NCBI GenBank assembly: GCA_963713605.1
Contig: CAVQMO010000001.1
Coordinates: forward strand, 128,001-192,000
DNA length: 64,000 nt
Direction of reading: 5' to 3'
Source: an uncultured Nitrososphaerales archaeon
Lineage (GTDB): Archaea; Thermoproteota; Nitrososphaeria; Nitrososphaerales; Nitrososphaeraceae
Below are positions 45,261 through 56,729 of the stretch, one piece after another (position 1 is the stretch's first letter; the number at the start of each line of letters is the position of its first letter). A program made the translations under genes and the position numbers. The notes under the pieces were generated by a model. It saw nothing but the letters and a program-made list of their open reading frames with translations. It was not told where the DNA came from and made no database searches.

Positions 45261-46295
45261 CTAATCTGACCTCCGATTTTTCCTCTTTCTCTTACTTTGC
45301 ATGATCCCGATTAGCTGATATCCATACTCCAGGTTATGCTTAACATGATTTATTCCATGAGACTTATCAGGAACAAATTTATCGTCAAGAATGTTCTCAA
45401 TGTATATTTTTGATCTTCTCACCGACAGGATCGCATGCTGAACCTGACTATCCAGTAACTTCCTTCCCACTTCTTTTTCCGCTCTTTCCTTGAATTCCTT
45501 TTCGTCTGCAGCAACGTTGTAGTACTTTTGTAGCTTGGTGTAGTTACTACATAGGTCATCGAGGCTATTCAAGTCGTACTCAGACAATCCTTTAAGTGCA
45601 TCATGGACTGACTCCGTAGTTCTTCCTGTTATCTGTACTAAACTATCAACGAGCCCTTTGTCAGATATCGCCCTTTCAGTAACTGGTTTACGTATCTGAT
45701 TAGCTGGAGACTCGGTAGAGAAATCCAAATTCAAGGAGTGTGCCAAATTTTCTTGAGCTTTTCTAGTTCGATAATACGCTTCAGCATTGTACGAATCAAT
45801 GCGTACTCCCGAAGCATCTTTTCCACTATAGATAACAGAAATCACATTTACAAGTATTTCTGGATAGGATGCCTTTATGGAGTCGCTGAAACTTTGGTAG
45901 TTTTCATTAAGATCCTTGTAGATGTTAAAAACGACTTGATCAAATGTTTTAAGGTTTTTTTCCTCTGTACTGCGACCCTTCCTTATCTTTCCCACAGAGA
46001 TAGTAAGTATGTCTGATAATTCAGAAGGACTAAAATAATATCTAATTGCCCTTGCAGCGTGGACAATTACTCTTACTGCCTCCAAGAAACCCGGCTGGAT
46101 CTGAAGCTCCTGAACAGAAATCTTCTCTACATATGACATTGAGGTAGAGTACAAAGGATCATCTGACGAAATTTTCAAATTATTAAAATAATCTAACAGT
46201 TCTTCGAACAGGGACTCCCTAAGGCGCATACTGATGTCCTCCTTTATCCTCTGTTTGAGATCCAAATTCACGCTTTTTCTTTTACTTGCATCCAT
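45261..46295 (-). CDS. Hypothetical protein
   Basis: 344-aa intact ORF. Confidence 0.75.
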   Translation of the reverse strand: MDASKRKSVNLDLKQRIKEDISMRLRESLFEELLDYFNNLKISSDDPLYSTSMSYVEKISVQELQIQPGFLEAVRVIVHAARAIRYYFSPSELSDILTISVGKIRKGRSTEEKNLKTFDQVVFNIYKDLNENYQSFSDSIKASYPEILVNVISVIYSGKDASGVRIDSYNAEAYYRTRKAQENLAHSLNLDFSTESPANQIRKPVTERAISDKGLVDSLVQITGRTTESVHDALKGLSEYDLNSLDDLCSNYTKLQKYYNVAADEKEFKERAEKEVGRKLLDSQVQHAILSVRRSKIYIENILDDKFVPDKSHGINHVKHNLEYGYQLIGIMQSKRKRKNRRSD

Positions 46296-46648
46296 ATTAT
46301 TTGAATCTCCTAATGATATTGGTGCTCACCACTATGAATGAAGGGTTGTACATTTGAAGTTATTTTGCTTAATGAATACAATTTTAACAGGAATAAGTGT
46401 ATCACATTACTTAAATATGTCATGACTATATTTAACGTTACTATGTACGAGTAATTTATCACTATACCTGAGCTGAGTAGAATTTAGTAAGAAAACAAGT
46501 TGGGATAGATGGGTGTTCCATCTTTTATTATATGAAATTCGTGGTAAAGTCGGCAGCCCAATGGTCAATCATCTATTCTGGTGTTCTCTGTGCAATATTA
46601 CTTGTAAACTACTGTTCTATTTTGTTCTCCTAATCGATCCAATCATTA

Positions 46649-47929
46649 TCAATTATGCAAAAACTGTGCACGCTTGTCCCTGCTCGATGTCCTAATTTGT
46701 GTCAGATGATCCACTATCATAGGCAGGAATGTCCCTACGTCCGTCACTACCCCGATTGCTTGAGTTGTGCCTCTATCCAATAGTTTTGTTACCACAGGTT
46801 GGCTGATGTCTACTGCAACTACCTTTACCGATGACGGTAGCATATTGCCTACTGCGATGGAATGCAGCATAGTCGAAAACATCAAGACCATCCTGGCATT
46901 TTGCAGTAATTTTTTATACCTGCGTTGAGCTTGGACTACATCAGTCACAACATCAGGAATGGGACCATCATCTCTAATGGAACCAGCCAAAACGTACGGC
47001 ACCTTCTTTGTAACGCATTCATACATTATCCCGCTACGTAAGGCACCTTTTGTCACCATTTTCTTTAAGGATCCTGCTTTGAAAACTTCGTTTATAGCTT
47101 GCATATGATTTCTATGACCTCTTACCGCTAGAGTTCCATCTTTAACGTGCATGCCTAAAGAAGTACCCATGATGGCGTTTTCTACGTCATGAACTGCTAA
47201 AGCATTACCAGCAAGTAGTCCATCAACGTATCCCATTCTTATCAATTGTGATAAGGCCACTGAGGCACCAGAGTGGACTATAACTGGTCCTGATACTACA
47301 ACTATTTTTCCATGAGATTTTTCTTTAGTATTGTAAATGTCGTAAGCTACTTTTCGAGCGATTTGTTGAGTTGGTCTTTCACTTGAACTCGAGCTACTCA
47401 TGAACTGAAATATATCCACTCCTTCTCTTGGACGTTCCTGAGGAATGATTCGAATTCCTAGATCGCCTGTGACAATCATGTCTCCTTTTCGTATCTCACG
47501 AATCATCTTACATTCCGCGGTCTTGCTTTCAATGTTCAACGAGATGCATTTGTCCATCATCATATTCTTTACATTTATCCAAGAACTTCTAAAGTAGATT
47601 TGAGTTGGATTATTTGTAGTGCTATAGAAAGCATTCGGTAATACCATGTCCTTTCTAGCTGGTTCTAGTACAACTTCATCTATGTGGAGCGGCTGTGCTC
47701 CTTCACGGTACACTGATTCCAATAGTCTGTCCAAATGGTCCCTGTCTTTCCCTATTATAAGAAGACGCGAAGTACTCTCCTCTCTTTTTTTCTTGCCGAC
47801 AAGAAATTCTAGAACCTGAAACTCCCCCTTGAGATCCATTATGGTATCAAGAATTCTGCCTAAGATCATTGAATCAATTAAATGACCCCTAACTTCCACT
47901 TCCTGGGCAAGGTCTATTTTTTTATCCAC
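46649..47929 (-). CDS. TIGR00300 / LOR-SDH family protein (ArgZ C-terminal-like ornithine cyclodeaminase)
   Basis: GHLIDS, FYSTTN, FQFMSS..SSER, GNALAVHDVE, LAGSIRDDGP, MLHSIAVGNM. Confidence 0.88.
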   Translation of the reverse strand: MDKKIDLAQEVEVRGHLIDSMILGRILDTIMDLKGEFQVLEFLVGKKKREESTSRLLIIGKDRDHLDRLLESVYREGAQPLHIDEVVLEPARKDMVLPNAFYSTTNNPTQIYFRSSWINVKNMMMDKCISLNIESKTAECKMIREIRKGDMIVTGDLGIRIIPQERPREGVDIFQFMSSSSSSERPTQQIARKVAYDIYNTKEKSHGKIVVVSGPVIVHSGASVALSQLIRMGYVDGLLAGNALAVHDVENAIMGTSLGMHVKDGTLAVRGHRNHMQAINEVFKAGSLKKMVTKGALRSGIMYECVTKKVPYVLAGSIRDDGPIPDVVTDVVQAQRRYKKLLQNARMVLMFSTMLHSIAVGNMLPSSVKVVAVDISQPVVTKLLDRGTTQAIGVVTDVGTFLPMIVDHLTQIRTSSRDKRAQFLHN

Positions 47930-48069
47930 TTATTTGTAGTTAAATCCTTTTGTTCATTTTAAGTTTTCACTAGTCGTTTTCAAATACAAATGCAATATGT
48001 GTTCAGTTTGCTTTTATGAACTAGTAGAATTATTTAATTGCAAGACGAGTTATTCTATTCTACAGACAT

Positions 48070-48639
48070 TCACTTAGAAAAAATAGCGTCCTTAGTACGT
48101 TTTAGAAGCAGCAGCACATCGTTACCATCTTCTCCATCCGTTGTATAAGTAAAGAACTGCTCAAGAACTCTGGACGGATATCCTTGACTTTCATATGTCT
48201 TGGCTTGAATAGCCATTTCGAATTTGTCCACACCATGAACAAGCTGTGACGTATCAGTCTTATTTTCAAGATACTCTTTCCAAATATCTTCATATTCGTT
48301 CCGTGTTTCTGGCGGCAAGTGATTTAGAATACGATCGATTGCCTCAGTTTCTTTGATTCTCTTTTCATTGATAGAGATTTCGTTTGGTTCATAGTCTCCA
48401 ATGATTGACTCCCCCAGATCGTGCAAGATTGCCATCTTCAGAGCTCTCTCTGTCTTCATACCTAAAATGTCAGAGAATACCATGACCATTGTACTCAGTG
48501 CATAGGTGTGATCTGCCACAGATTCAGGATTCTTTACTTTTACCTTGTTGACCCATCCTGATCTCTTTATTGCTTTTAATTCCACCACATAATTAAAGAA
48601 ATTTGCCAACAACTGATAGTTAAGGGGTGACAATACCAT
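48070..48639 (-). CDS. HD-domain hydrolase (YfbR/HDDC2-like)
   Basis: LKAIKRSGW, ESVADH, LHDLGESIIGD, DKFEM. Confidence 0.9.
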   Translation of the reverse strand: MVLSPLNYQLLANFFNYVVELKAIKRSGWVNKVKVKNPESVADHTYALSTMVMVFSDILGMKTERALKMAILHDLGESIIGDYEPNEISINEKRIKETEAIDRILNHLPPETRNEYEDIWKEYLENKTDTSQLVHGVDKFEMAIQAKTYESQGYPSRVLEQFFTYTTDGEDGNDVLLLLKRTKDAIFSK

Positions 48640-49057
48640 CGATGTTGTCCTACAAATTACCTAATAAAAGATTTCGCTCATGATTGTACCTAACATCAGG
48701 ATATTCATGCTGAAACTTTCAATATTTAGCAAGCCATCATTTTTAATTTCAACATCTAGTGTAGTAACTTGTACTCAATCATATCCAAAATCGAGCTATA
48801 TTCGTAGACATAACTTGTCATTTATCTTATTCTAAGGTGATGTAAATACTTACGCGTTATTATCTTGAATATAAAACTAACATTTTTGGACTATACTAAC
48901 TAGGCAAGACCTGACATGTCAATTTCTCATACCAGTCTTTGTTACCAGTCTAAAAAGACTACTTGTTGTGAAGATATAGTTCAACTAAGGAACATAACCC
49001 AATATGAGTGAGCTTTTTGAAGCCAGACTACAGAGCCAAAAATGAAGAGGACGAAAG

Positions 49058-49633
49058 TTAATGTGCCTTCTTCCATGCATTATCTGGAATGCCAAGCCGC
49101 TTATTTGCTGTTCTAGCCATAACGAAAAATAGATCAGAAAGTCTATTCAGATAGATTATCGCGAGAGGATTAATTGATTCAGCCTTTGATAAACCCACAA
49201 CTGAAATCTCTGATCTTCTGGCAATGCTTCGACTCAGATGCAAGTGACCAGATTCAAGACTGCCTCCAGGCAGTATAAAGAAAGAAATCGGTGCAAGTTC
49301 CTGTTCAAGAGTGTCTATGGTCTTCTCAACCTTGGTTATCATGTCTTCGTTTACCCGTGGGCTTCCATAGCGGCTATCGGTACTCGGACTGTCATCGGCT
49401 AAATCTGCACCTAGGATGAACAGATCGTTTTGAATTGTCAACAGAATCTTCACAAAATCTGAGAAACTGCTGATATGTTGGGAAGTTTGCAAAATTGCCA
49501 AGATTAAGCCAACGCTTGAGTTTAGTTCATCAACTGTTCCATAAGCAATTATTCTTGCATGATGCTTTGATATTTTCCTTCCGCCTATGAGTCCTGTCTC
49601 ACCTAGATCACCAGTTTTAGTATATATTTTCAT
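49058..49633 (-). CDS. pduO: PduO-type corrinoid adenosyltransferase
   Basis: KIYTKTGDLGET, AYGTVDELNS, FILPGG, YLNRLSDLFF. Confidence 0.93.
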   Translation of the reverse strand: MKIYTKTGDLGETGLIGGRKISKHHARIIAYGTVDELNSSVGLILAILQTSQHISSFSDFVKILLTIQNDLFILGADLADDSPSTDSRYGSPRVNEDMITKVEKTIDTLEQELAPISFFILPGGSLESGHLHLSRSIARRSEISVVGLSKAESINPLAIIYLNRLSDLFFVMARTANKRLGIPDNAWKKAH

Positions 49634-49784
49634 ATGCAGCAGTAATAGTTCACTCAAGATTTAATTAATTTTTGATGTCCATATTGGACTTGTTAGATAG
49701 GCCGCTTTCGTTCGATCATGAATGAGGTAATTCTAGTAGAAACCTTGACGAAAACTACGAAAAATTTGATTCTCCAATAGCCAC

Positions 49785-49955
49785 TTAGTATGAATGAATT
49801 TCGGCCTTGTGTTCTCTGAGATACTTCTTTTTCTTAAACCTTTCATTACACTTTTCACATTTAAATGGCTTTTCAAATTCGAGTAAGAATCGTTCCCTTC
49901 TTTCTTCAGGAGTTTCAATTAGCGATTCTGGTTCACTTTCGGCTGAGTTTATCAT
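49785..49955 (-). CDS. C2H2 zinc-finger microprotein (56 aa)
   Basis: Below the ORF cutoff: MINSAESEPESLIETPEERRERFLLEFEKPFKCEKCNERFKKKKYLREHKAEIHSY*. Confidence 0.85.
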   Translation of the reverse strand: MINSAESEPESLIETPEERRERFLLEFEKPFKCEKCNERFKKKKYLREHKAEIHSY

Positions 49956-50214
49956 GCTGAATTATAATCAAAACCATATATGTTAGTATATTTAGCTTGA
50001 GTAAGAAAATTACATTAGAAAGATTCCTGCCAATCGTACTGAGAATTTACATCTAATTAGATAGTTTGGCGATTAATTTAGGGACGTACTGAGCCGTTGT
50101 TAACCAAGATAAACCATCGAGTTGAAGTCCCGAAAGTAGATGATATGTTCAACCACAATGACAAAATTATGGGCATGAGCTTCAGCGCTGAAGGACCAAC
50201 TTCAGAAGATTGGC

Positions 50215-51204
50215 CTAGTCGACCATTAAGCGTGTTTTTCTCCCCTGTAAAATTTTTATGATATTCTGAGCAGCAATTTCTGACATTTTCGATCGAACCT
50301 GATATGTCGCACTTCCGATGTGGGGCAATAGCACCGCATTCTCCATTCTCATTAGCGGACTGTTAGTTCTTAATGGCTCACTTTCGAAAACGTCTAGCGC
50401 AGCCCCAGCAATCCACTTTTTCTTTAGTGCTTTGATAAGACTCCTTTCATCAATTACTTGACCACGTGAAGTATTTATTATATAGGCCGTATTTTTCATC
50501 CGCTTGAGTTTTGACTCGTTAATCATGTTACTGCTTTCACTGTTTAAATTAGCGTGTATGGAAAGAAAATCACTTTCTTTTAGGATAGTATCCATCTCTA
50601 CATACCTGGCACCCATTTCATATTCGAGTTTTGTCTCCAACCGGCGGCGGTTGTGATATAGAATATTCATGTCAAATCCTTTCGCTCTTCGGGCTACCGC
50701 TCTCCCTATTCGCCCTGCACCAATTAGCCCCAGTGTCTTGCCGTAGACATTTGAGCCTAGAAAAAGATCAGGTGACCATCCCACTTTCCATTTTTTTTGT
50801 CTTATGTAATTGTCTGCATGTACGATTTTTCTGGATACAGCAAGAATTAAAGCGAAGGTCAAATCGGCAGTTGCTTCAGAAAGAACTTCTCCGGTGAAAG
50901 TAACATAAATCCCTCTTTTTTTTGCCTCGTTTACGTCTATATGGTCATATCCGGTGCTTAAGGTGCTAATGACTTTAAGATTAGGTCCTGCCTTCTCCAT
51001 AACCTCCTTATCGATACGCTCATTCAAGCTGCAAAGTAATGCGTCCTTGCCAACAACATTTCTCAAGATTTCCTTTCTAGAAGGTGACAACGAATTTCTA
51101 TTCATCGTAACAGAGTATTTTCTAGCTAACATGGTAGGACCGGGTTCAAGGATTTTCCTCATTATATAAACAGCGAATTTGATCCCCAACAGGATACCAC
51201 TCAA
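50215..51204 (-). CDS. gyaR: D-2-hydroxyacid dehydrogenase (glyoxylate reductase-like)
   Basis: GYDHID, GLIGAGRIG, INTSRG, LDVFESEP, PHIGSAT. Confidence 0.88.
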   Translation of the reverse strand: MSGILLGIKFAVYIMRKILEPGPTMLARKYSVTMNRNSLSPSRKEILRNVVGKDALLCSLNERIDKEVMEKAGPNLKVISTLSTGYDHIDVNEAKKRGIYVTFTGEVLSEATADLTFALILAVSRKIVHADNYIRQKKWKVGWSPDLFLGSNVYGKTLGLIGAGRIGRAVARRAKGFDMNILYHNRRRLETKLEYEMGARYVEMDTILKESDFLSIHANLNSESSNMINESKLKRMKNTAYIINTSRGQVIDERSLIKALKKKWIAGAALDVFESEPLRTNSPLMRMENAVLLPHIGSATYQVRSKMSEIAAQNIIKILQGRKTRLMVD

Positions 51205-51490
51205 AGGCCTCCTATGAATAGGTTCTTGTGTCCGTCTACAACGGTCTGAGTCTAGCTTTTCAATTCATATTTTCCCCAAATATCTTATTGAAACAAATAG
51301 GCTACTCATATATTTCCGAATTACACTATGAGCCTAATGACTTCCTAAGCTCAAACAGACATAAGCTGATCTGGTTGCCTCCTAATCTACAGGTAACTTA
51401 GATCTATGATTCTCAAATAAGGCTATCTGACCAAAACAGCTGAGCCCAAAAAGTATAACACTCAAGTTGTTACATATAGCGACACATTCA

Positions 51491-51841
51491 TCATGTCGCA
51501 CTTTCCATGCAGGCTGGCAGAGTCCCATTATGCCTAAGCTTATAATCTTTCAGCAGTTCTGCTTTCAAATTTTCTAGGGAGCCATGACTAACCAAATAAC
51601 TGAATCTTTGACCCTTCCCTAGACAAGGATCTAAGATAGAATCTAATAGTGTTGATTTGAGGTTCTGAGCACTTCCTATATACAATATTTTCATACTAGC
51701 ATGAACTTTGAACAATCCCGATTCATCGGGTACAACAGAATTGATGGTATCTCGGCTGAAATCAAGCCACTTCGACCATTCCTCTACAATTGATTTTGAA
51801 ATTTCTTCATCTATACCACTTTTTCCCAAATTCCTTTCCAC
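51491..51841 (-). CDS. Small protein with a degenerate GIY-YIG-like pattern
   Basis: VPDESGLFKV....ILYIGSAQNL...GTLPAC. Confidence 0.6.
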   Translation of the reverse strand: MERNLGKSGIDEEISKSIVEEWSKWLDFSRDTINSVVPDESGLFKVHASMKILYIGSAQNLKSTLLDSILDPCLGKGQRFSYLVSHGSLENLKAELLKDYKLRHNGTLPACMESAT

Positions 51842-51942
51842 AAAACTCTATACTATTTCGTATATAATTGCTATCTTGACTTGTATTGGCAGGTTTATTA
51901 AGACATTTTCATATGCAATGGAAGTTCTAGTGGGCTAAATGC

Positions 51943-52239
51943 CTATGCCTGTTGCCGGGAAGGATGGGATAAATTATAGCTTCCACCATAGAGATGGGCC
52001 ATTTCACCCATGTCTCTCTGCAATTCCAGAAAATCTCGTCCCTTTACTGTTGTTCTGTAAGTTCTGGCAGATCTATCGTATTCTATTAATTCTTGCTGTT
52101 GTAGAAAAATAAGGTAATCCTTAAGCTGATTGTAATTGACGAGACTCTTGTACATGATATGTGATCTGGATTCCCCGTCTATTGCATTTGCCGCGTTCAA
52201 TATAAGTCCAATAATATCAGTTCTGCATCTATACTTCAT
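51943..52239 (-). CDS. Winged-helix transcription regulator (ArnR1-like)
   Basis: MKYRCRTDIIGLIL..IMYK...QLKDYL..YRTTVKG. Confidence 0.85.
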   Translation of the reverse strand: MKYRCRTDIIGLILNAANAIDGESRSHIMYKSLVNYNQLKDYLIFLQQQELIEYDRSARTYRTTVKGRDFLELQRDMGEMAHLYGGSYNLSHPSRQQA

Positions 52240-52641
52240 ATTCTTGTTCTGTCAAGATCATGGTGAATATTGAGTATTTAAGGTGAATCAAAGTGAGTAC
52301 TTGATCTATGCTTTATTTTTTTATTATGTTACATTATTGAGATCCTATCTTAATATCCTGTGCCATGGTAAATCTATGTCCTTGTTCTAGAGTCAAACAT
52401 GATTAAATGTATGTATGTATGTTTACGAAGGGGAACTTTGGAGTTTAATTTCTTCAAAAACCCTCGTTCCTGCGAGTGAGACCAACAAATCTATTAAGCT
52501 TGAAACAATGTACGTATCATGTCTTATCTCGTTTGCTAGTAGACATAATTCCCAGCAAATATGAGGGTCAAATTCTGATTGGATAATGCAATACGATAAA
52601 CTACGCAAGCTCATTTAAGCACAGAATGAAGAAGCGAAATT

Positions 52642-53469
52642 GTGAAGGGATTAGTGATCGGAGGAAAACTGGCATGCAATAAATACATCATCGCAGCCAC
52701 GACAGTTGCATTTTTTCTCATTATGATGATGACAAGTTACAGTGTATTGGCCTATACAGAGCATGGAGGTGGAGATAAACCATCTTCTGATACAATGTTT
52801 TTCAGGATCCTAAAAGGAGACTTAAATGTATGTTCACCTAATTACCAATATAATATAACAATATGTCAAATGGTTATGAAGGATGAAGAACTTTCGCCAA
52901 ATGCTGGGGAGGTTACAAACAGTACCCGCACTAATAATGCTACAAACACCACAAATTCTACAAACAGTAGTAGTTATCCGCCGTTATCTGTTAATCCTGA
53001 AATGGTAATTAACGAAGAGCAGCTGCAAGCGCTATTGACGAATAGCTCTTTAAACCCACATGAAGGAGCTGAAAATGTAATACAGAACGATACTGGTACT
53101 AGTCCTAATAACAATACTCAAAGCAAGGGCGTAGGGAAAATATATGTTGATGAATATCCACAATATGAACCTCTGGTTGCCGAACAACCTCTAGAAGAGG
53201 AGATAACTACCGATAATTCTTTGCAGACACCTTGGCAAAGCAATCAACAATGGCAATTCATGAATAACCAAACAGTATTAAATGGACTTCATGACATAGA
53301 ACAGCCGGCGCAACCGAAAAACACTATTCGCCAACAGGACAACCATCAAGAATCTGTGTTAACCAAAGAAGGTTCGAGTTTAGGTAATAGCATTGATAAT
53401 CGCAAAGCAGACACAAGCAATTCGTACAGTAGTATTCCTTTAGGTATGTCGTTGCCTCTTAGAAACTAA
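52642..53469 (+). CDS. Secreted Asn/Thr/Gln-rich protein
   Basis: Signal-like hydrophobic segment; many N-x-S/T sequons. Confidence 0.65.
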   Translation: MKGLVIGGKLACNKYIIAATTVAFFLIMMMTSYSVLAYTEHGGGDKPSSDTMFFRILKGDLNVCSPNYQYNITICQMVMKDEELSPNAGEVTNSTRTNNATNTTNSTNSSSYPPLSVNPEMVINEEQLQALLTNSSLNPHEGAENVIQNDTGTSPNNNTQSKGVGKIYVDEYPQYEPLVAEQPLEEEITTDNSLQTPWQSNQQWQFMNNQTVLNGLHDIEQPAQPKNTIRQQDNHQESVLTKEGSSLGNSIDNRKADTSNSYSSIPLGMSLPLRN

Positions 53470-53488
53470 TCACTGAGTTGAGGCAAAC

Positions 53489-54163
53489 TCAGTAAATACG
53501 TTCTATTATATTTTGCTTCAGCCGAGAGAATTCTTGTTCATTTATTACGCCTTCGTTTTTCAATCTAGCTATCTTGAAGAGCTCATCGGCTGGTGAATCC
53601 AATGTAGAGAATGAGGCAACAATATGTTCAGTTGCATCGGAGACCGATTGATGATCTTCCGACAAAGACTCCCATTTACATATCATAGATCTGACTATTT
53701 TGACTAGGAGAAGTGCTTTACTCTTTGGAATATTCTCAATTATCCATTCAAATTTGTTTCCAGTAATTTCGAATTGATCCAGTGCAGGTAGTTCATTGTC
53801 ACCTTGAGATCGATTCACTCTCAACCTTATACAGGCTGAAATTAATCCTTCCTTGTGGTTGATGTCGGTAATTATTGTGTACGGCAATCCAACGGTGTTT
53901 TCCTTCAATCCATGCAATGAAATATCTCGGATAATTATTCTCCTGTCAGTAGCATATATAACGTAAGAAGAGAGCGGTAGACCAACTAATCTTACTTTGC
54001 TCTGGGTTATAACTAATAGGACTTTTTCATTTATGTCTAGCATACTACTTATGTCTGTGATTCTGTATAATTCATCTTCGTCCTTGATCGGCATGGGCGT
54101 ATCTTTAGGGTCAGCGTCGATATTGATTACTCTCTTTGTTCTAGAACCGAAGAGCACGCGCAT
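53489..54163 (-). CDS. Bacterial PH-like domain plus SHOCT domain protein
   Basis: IYATDRRIII; ADELFKIARLKNEGVINEQEF..LKQ. Confidence 0.75.
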   Translation of the reverse strand: MRVLFGSRTKRVINIDADPKDTPMPIKDEDELYRITDISSMLDINEKVLLVITQSKVRLVGLPLSSYVIYATDRRIIIRDISLHGLKENTVGLPYTIITDINHKEGLISACIRLRVNRSQGDNELPALDQFEITGNKFEWIIENIPKSKALLLVKIVRSMICKWESLSEDHQSVSDATEHIVASFSTLDSPADELFKIARLKNEGVINEQEFSRLKQNIIERIY

Positions 54164-54681
54164 TATCCTGCCAGTCTATTATTTAAGTGGCCGACCACGA
54201 TGAAGTGTACAATTTGGATAATAATAACTGTCTACATGACATTCAATTACATTATTTATTAATGTGAGGCATAGTACGAAATACAGAGTATTTTGAAGGG
54301 ATAAATGGGGGCTATACCATCGAATGAAAGAAAGTCAGTCGATCAGGTTGTTATAGATCTTGGTGTTTCATCAGATTCACGAAGACTAGCAGACGAATAT
54401 GTAACAACTCGTAAATCTTACAGACTTACCACCGGAGCAAACGAACTAGTAATTACTGTGTGTTATGAGTTCTTGAGGTTTTGAATTAAAGAATGGGCTA
54501 TTGCTGGCGTTAACGGCTATTGTTAACTGTTAACAGGTGGTGCTAGCAGAATTTCTATCGAGTTGTTAACGTTAACAGATTTATGAGTCGTTCAATTAGA
54601 TTTCACGCTCAAGCACGTTAATGTTCAAAATGACCGTTCAGTAACGATTCTATCCCCAACCGATTTACCTTATGTACCTAT

Positions 54682-55380
54682 TTGCAAAAGTGTTCAAGAC
54701 GTTCAACAAGGTGTTCAATATTATATAGCACTATCACTCACCGACTTCCTGATAAGCTATCGGGTTTAGTTAATGAATTTGCACAGTATGGAGGACTGAA
54801 GTCTGCACGAGATATTGCAATGAGAAGATTGACATTAAATCATGCTCCAGACATTCCGTACATAGAGATTATTGAGCCCGATGAAGTTGTAACATGGGTA
54901 GATATGGATGGATCTGAAGAAGGGGTTCTAGCCTCCTCATGGCTGAATGATCATGAGGCAAGGGCTTGCACAAAAATTTGTAACCATTTGAGAACTTTAA
55001 CTAATAAATCAATAGTCGTAATTACTAGGTTTACAGGACAGAAAATGCAAATTAGAAATTATCTATCTGATATCAGGGTAACAACTACTACGGGAGCCTT
55101 GGGTACCCAATCAGATATAGTGATATTCTCGCTTGTCAGAAATAATCCTGAAAGAATAGTAGGGGAAGCAGGGACGCTTCAGGATCTCAATGTGGCCATT
55201 TCTCGATCCAAAGAAAAATTAATTATTTTGGGAAATTTTGAGATGATGCTTAATGGATAGTCAGGACATAATCAATATTATAATTATTGGCGCAAGAGTA
55301 GTTCGAGGCCTCTTGCGCGACTAATTGATTCAAAGTATGGGAGAGTAATTAACACTCCACCTGTTATAAGAAGTACTTAA
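54682..55380 (+). pseudogene. C-terminal fragment of a Upf1/DNA2-like SF1 helicase
   Basis: THRLP, NDHEA, ITRFTGQ, DIVIFSLVR, LNVAISRSKEKLIILGN; no motor N-half; in-frame TAG at 55258, frame open again to 55380. Confidence 0.75.
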
Positions 55381-55543
55381 TTTCATGTCTGAAGTTGTCA
55401 TAAAATGATGTAATGTTCATAATTTTTTATTTCAATTGAAAATTGATTCGCGTTTAGATAGGTCGATACCATTCTAAAAATGAAGCCTCACAAATTGATT
55501 CCTACATTGGACTGGCTCAATTAGTATTCATTCCAGGAAATCA

Positions 55544-55825
55544 TTGGGATCTTTGCCTTTTGGTCTAGTGGTGAAGTTAACAGAACCTCGCGAAGAGGGT
55601 GAACATGTCGTCATCCTAAATGGTACAGTAGTCATTAGTACAGAAGGAGCAGACGATTTAGATATGAATGAATTTCCACCTGTAGGAATAACTGTCGTTA
55701 CAACTAATGATACTATAACAGTAACGTATCACACAGTAACTATAGGTGGTGGCATAGGTAATCCTGGAAGTAACAATTGTGATGATGGAGGAGAAGATGA
55801 AGGTGATGAGGATGATGAGGAATAA
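55544..55825 (+). CDS. Small protein or fragment with acidic tail
   Basis: Beta-rich segment followed by DDGGEDEGDEDDEE. Confidence 0.4.
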   Translation: MGSLPFGLVVKLTEPREEGEHVVILNGTVVISTEGADDLDMNEFPPVGITVVTTNDTITVTYHTVTIGGGIGNPGSNNCDDGGEDEGDEDDEE

Positions 55826-55929
55826 CTAGTATCTCTCACCATCTCGAAAGTAATAGGTAGCGACTACCTACGAGAACAAAAATTTGACAACCTTTAAAAC
55901 ATACCAAACATATAATATTAAATTAACAA

Positions 55930-56684
55930 ATGAGCAGTCCAACAACAGACTCCAATCCAGGCTTTATGGCTGAGTCAGAAGTGAAAGCTTTCATTAGCGG
56001 CATCGGCGATTCCAGAGTCAAGTTGTGGCTCGACGGGAAGCAAGATCTTGAGATAACTGGAGGAGAACCTTATTCTTATGATCGTTATGAAGACATAGCG
56101 AGTACGGGATACAATTCCGAAACCGTAATAGATGAATGATACAAATGGTACCTAAGAAGGGAGAATAATGGTACAAGCGAGTCTGAGAATTATACCTCTT
56201 TCGAAGATCCAACATCGCCATTTATTTACTTTGTTGAACCCATCCCCTTCCAGAGACCTCATTTTGAGAGAATCATTATTCGAGAAGAAGGGGCTTCACT
56301 TTTGATCCCTATTTACGCAATGTCTGTATCTACCCAGGAATACCCTTCGCTGAATTCTAATACAAGTTTACTTAATTTGATTAAGAAGGATTTATTCGGC
56401 ATTGAGTGGAATACTGTTAAGGCTACTTTTGATCGTACAGAATGTACGGCAGATGCGTGATCAGAAGCGATCCACTTCCCGTCGACGGGATCCCACCGAC
56501 CAATAGGATCGGAATACCTAAAGAGAGACTTAAAAATGGGGTCAGTGTAGATCTACTTCATGGGGGCTTTTGGCTTTTGATACGAGCAGACCGTATTGAC
56601 TCTGGTGACCACTTTCTATATGTTCGGGCCGACTCAAAGACGTATCAGAGTGAAGCTAAAATTCTAATTAACGCAATCAACTAA
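55930..56684 (+). pseudogene. Disrupted paralog of the 58743-59453 protein
   Basis: Reads through TGA 56137 as DE*YKWYL...GASLLIPIYAMSVSTQEYP...LIKKD; shift near 56440; ends GGFWLL...GDHFL. Confidence 0.65.
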
Positions 56685-56729
56685 TCTCAGAGAAAAACAT
56701 CCTTCACATAGTATTAAATTCCTAAGCAG

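Noticed and set aside
56137..56139. In-frame TGA (and TAG at 55258) as Sec/Pyl recoding
   Set aside because: Both are one base from TGG in genes with other lesions; no supporting signals seen
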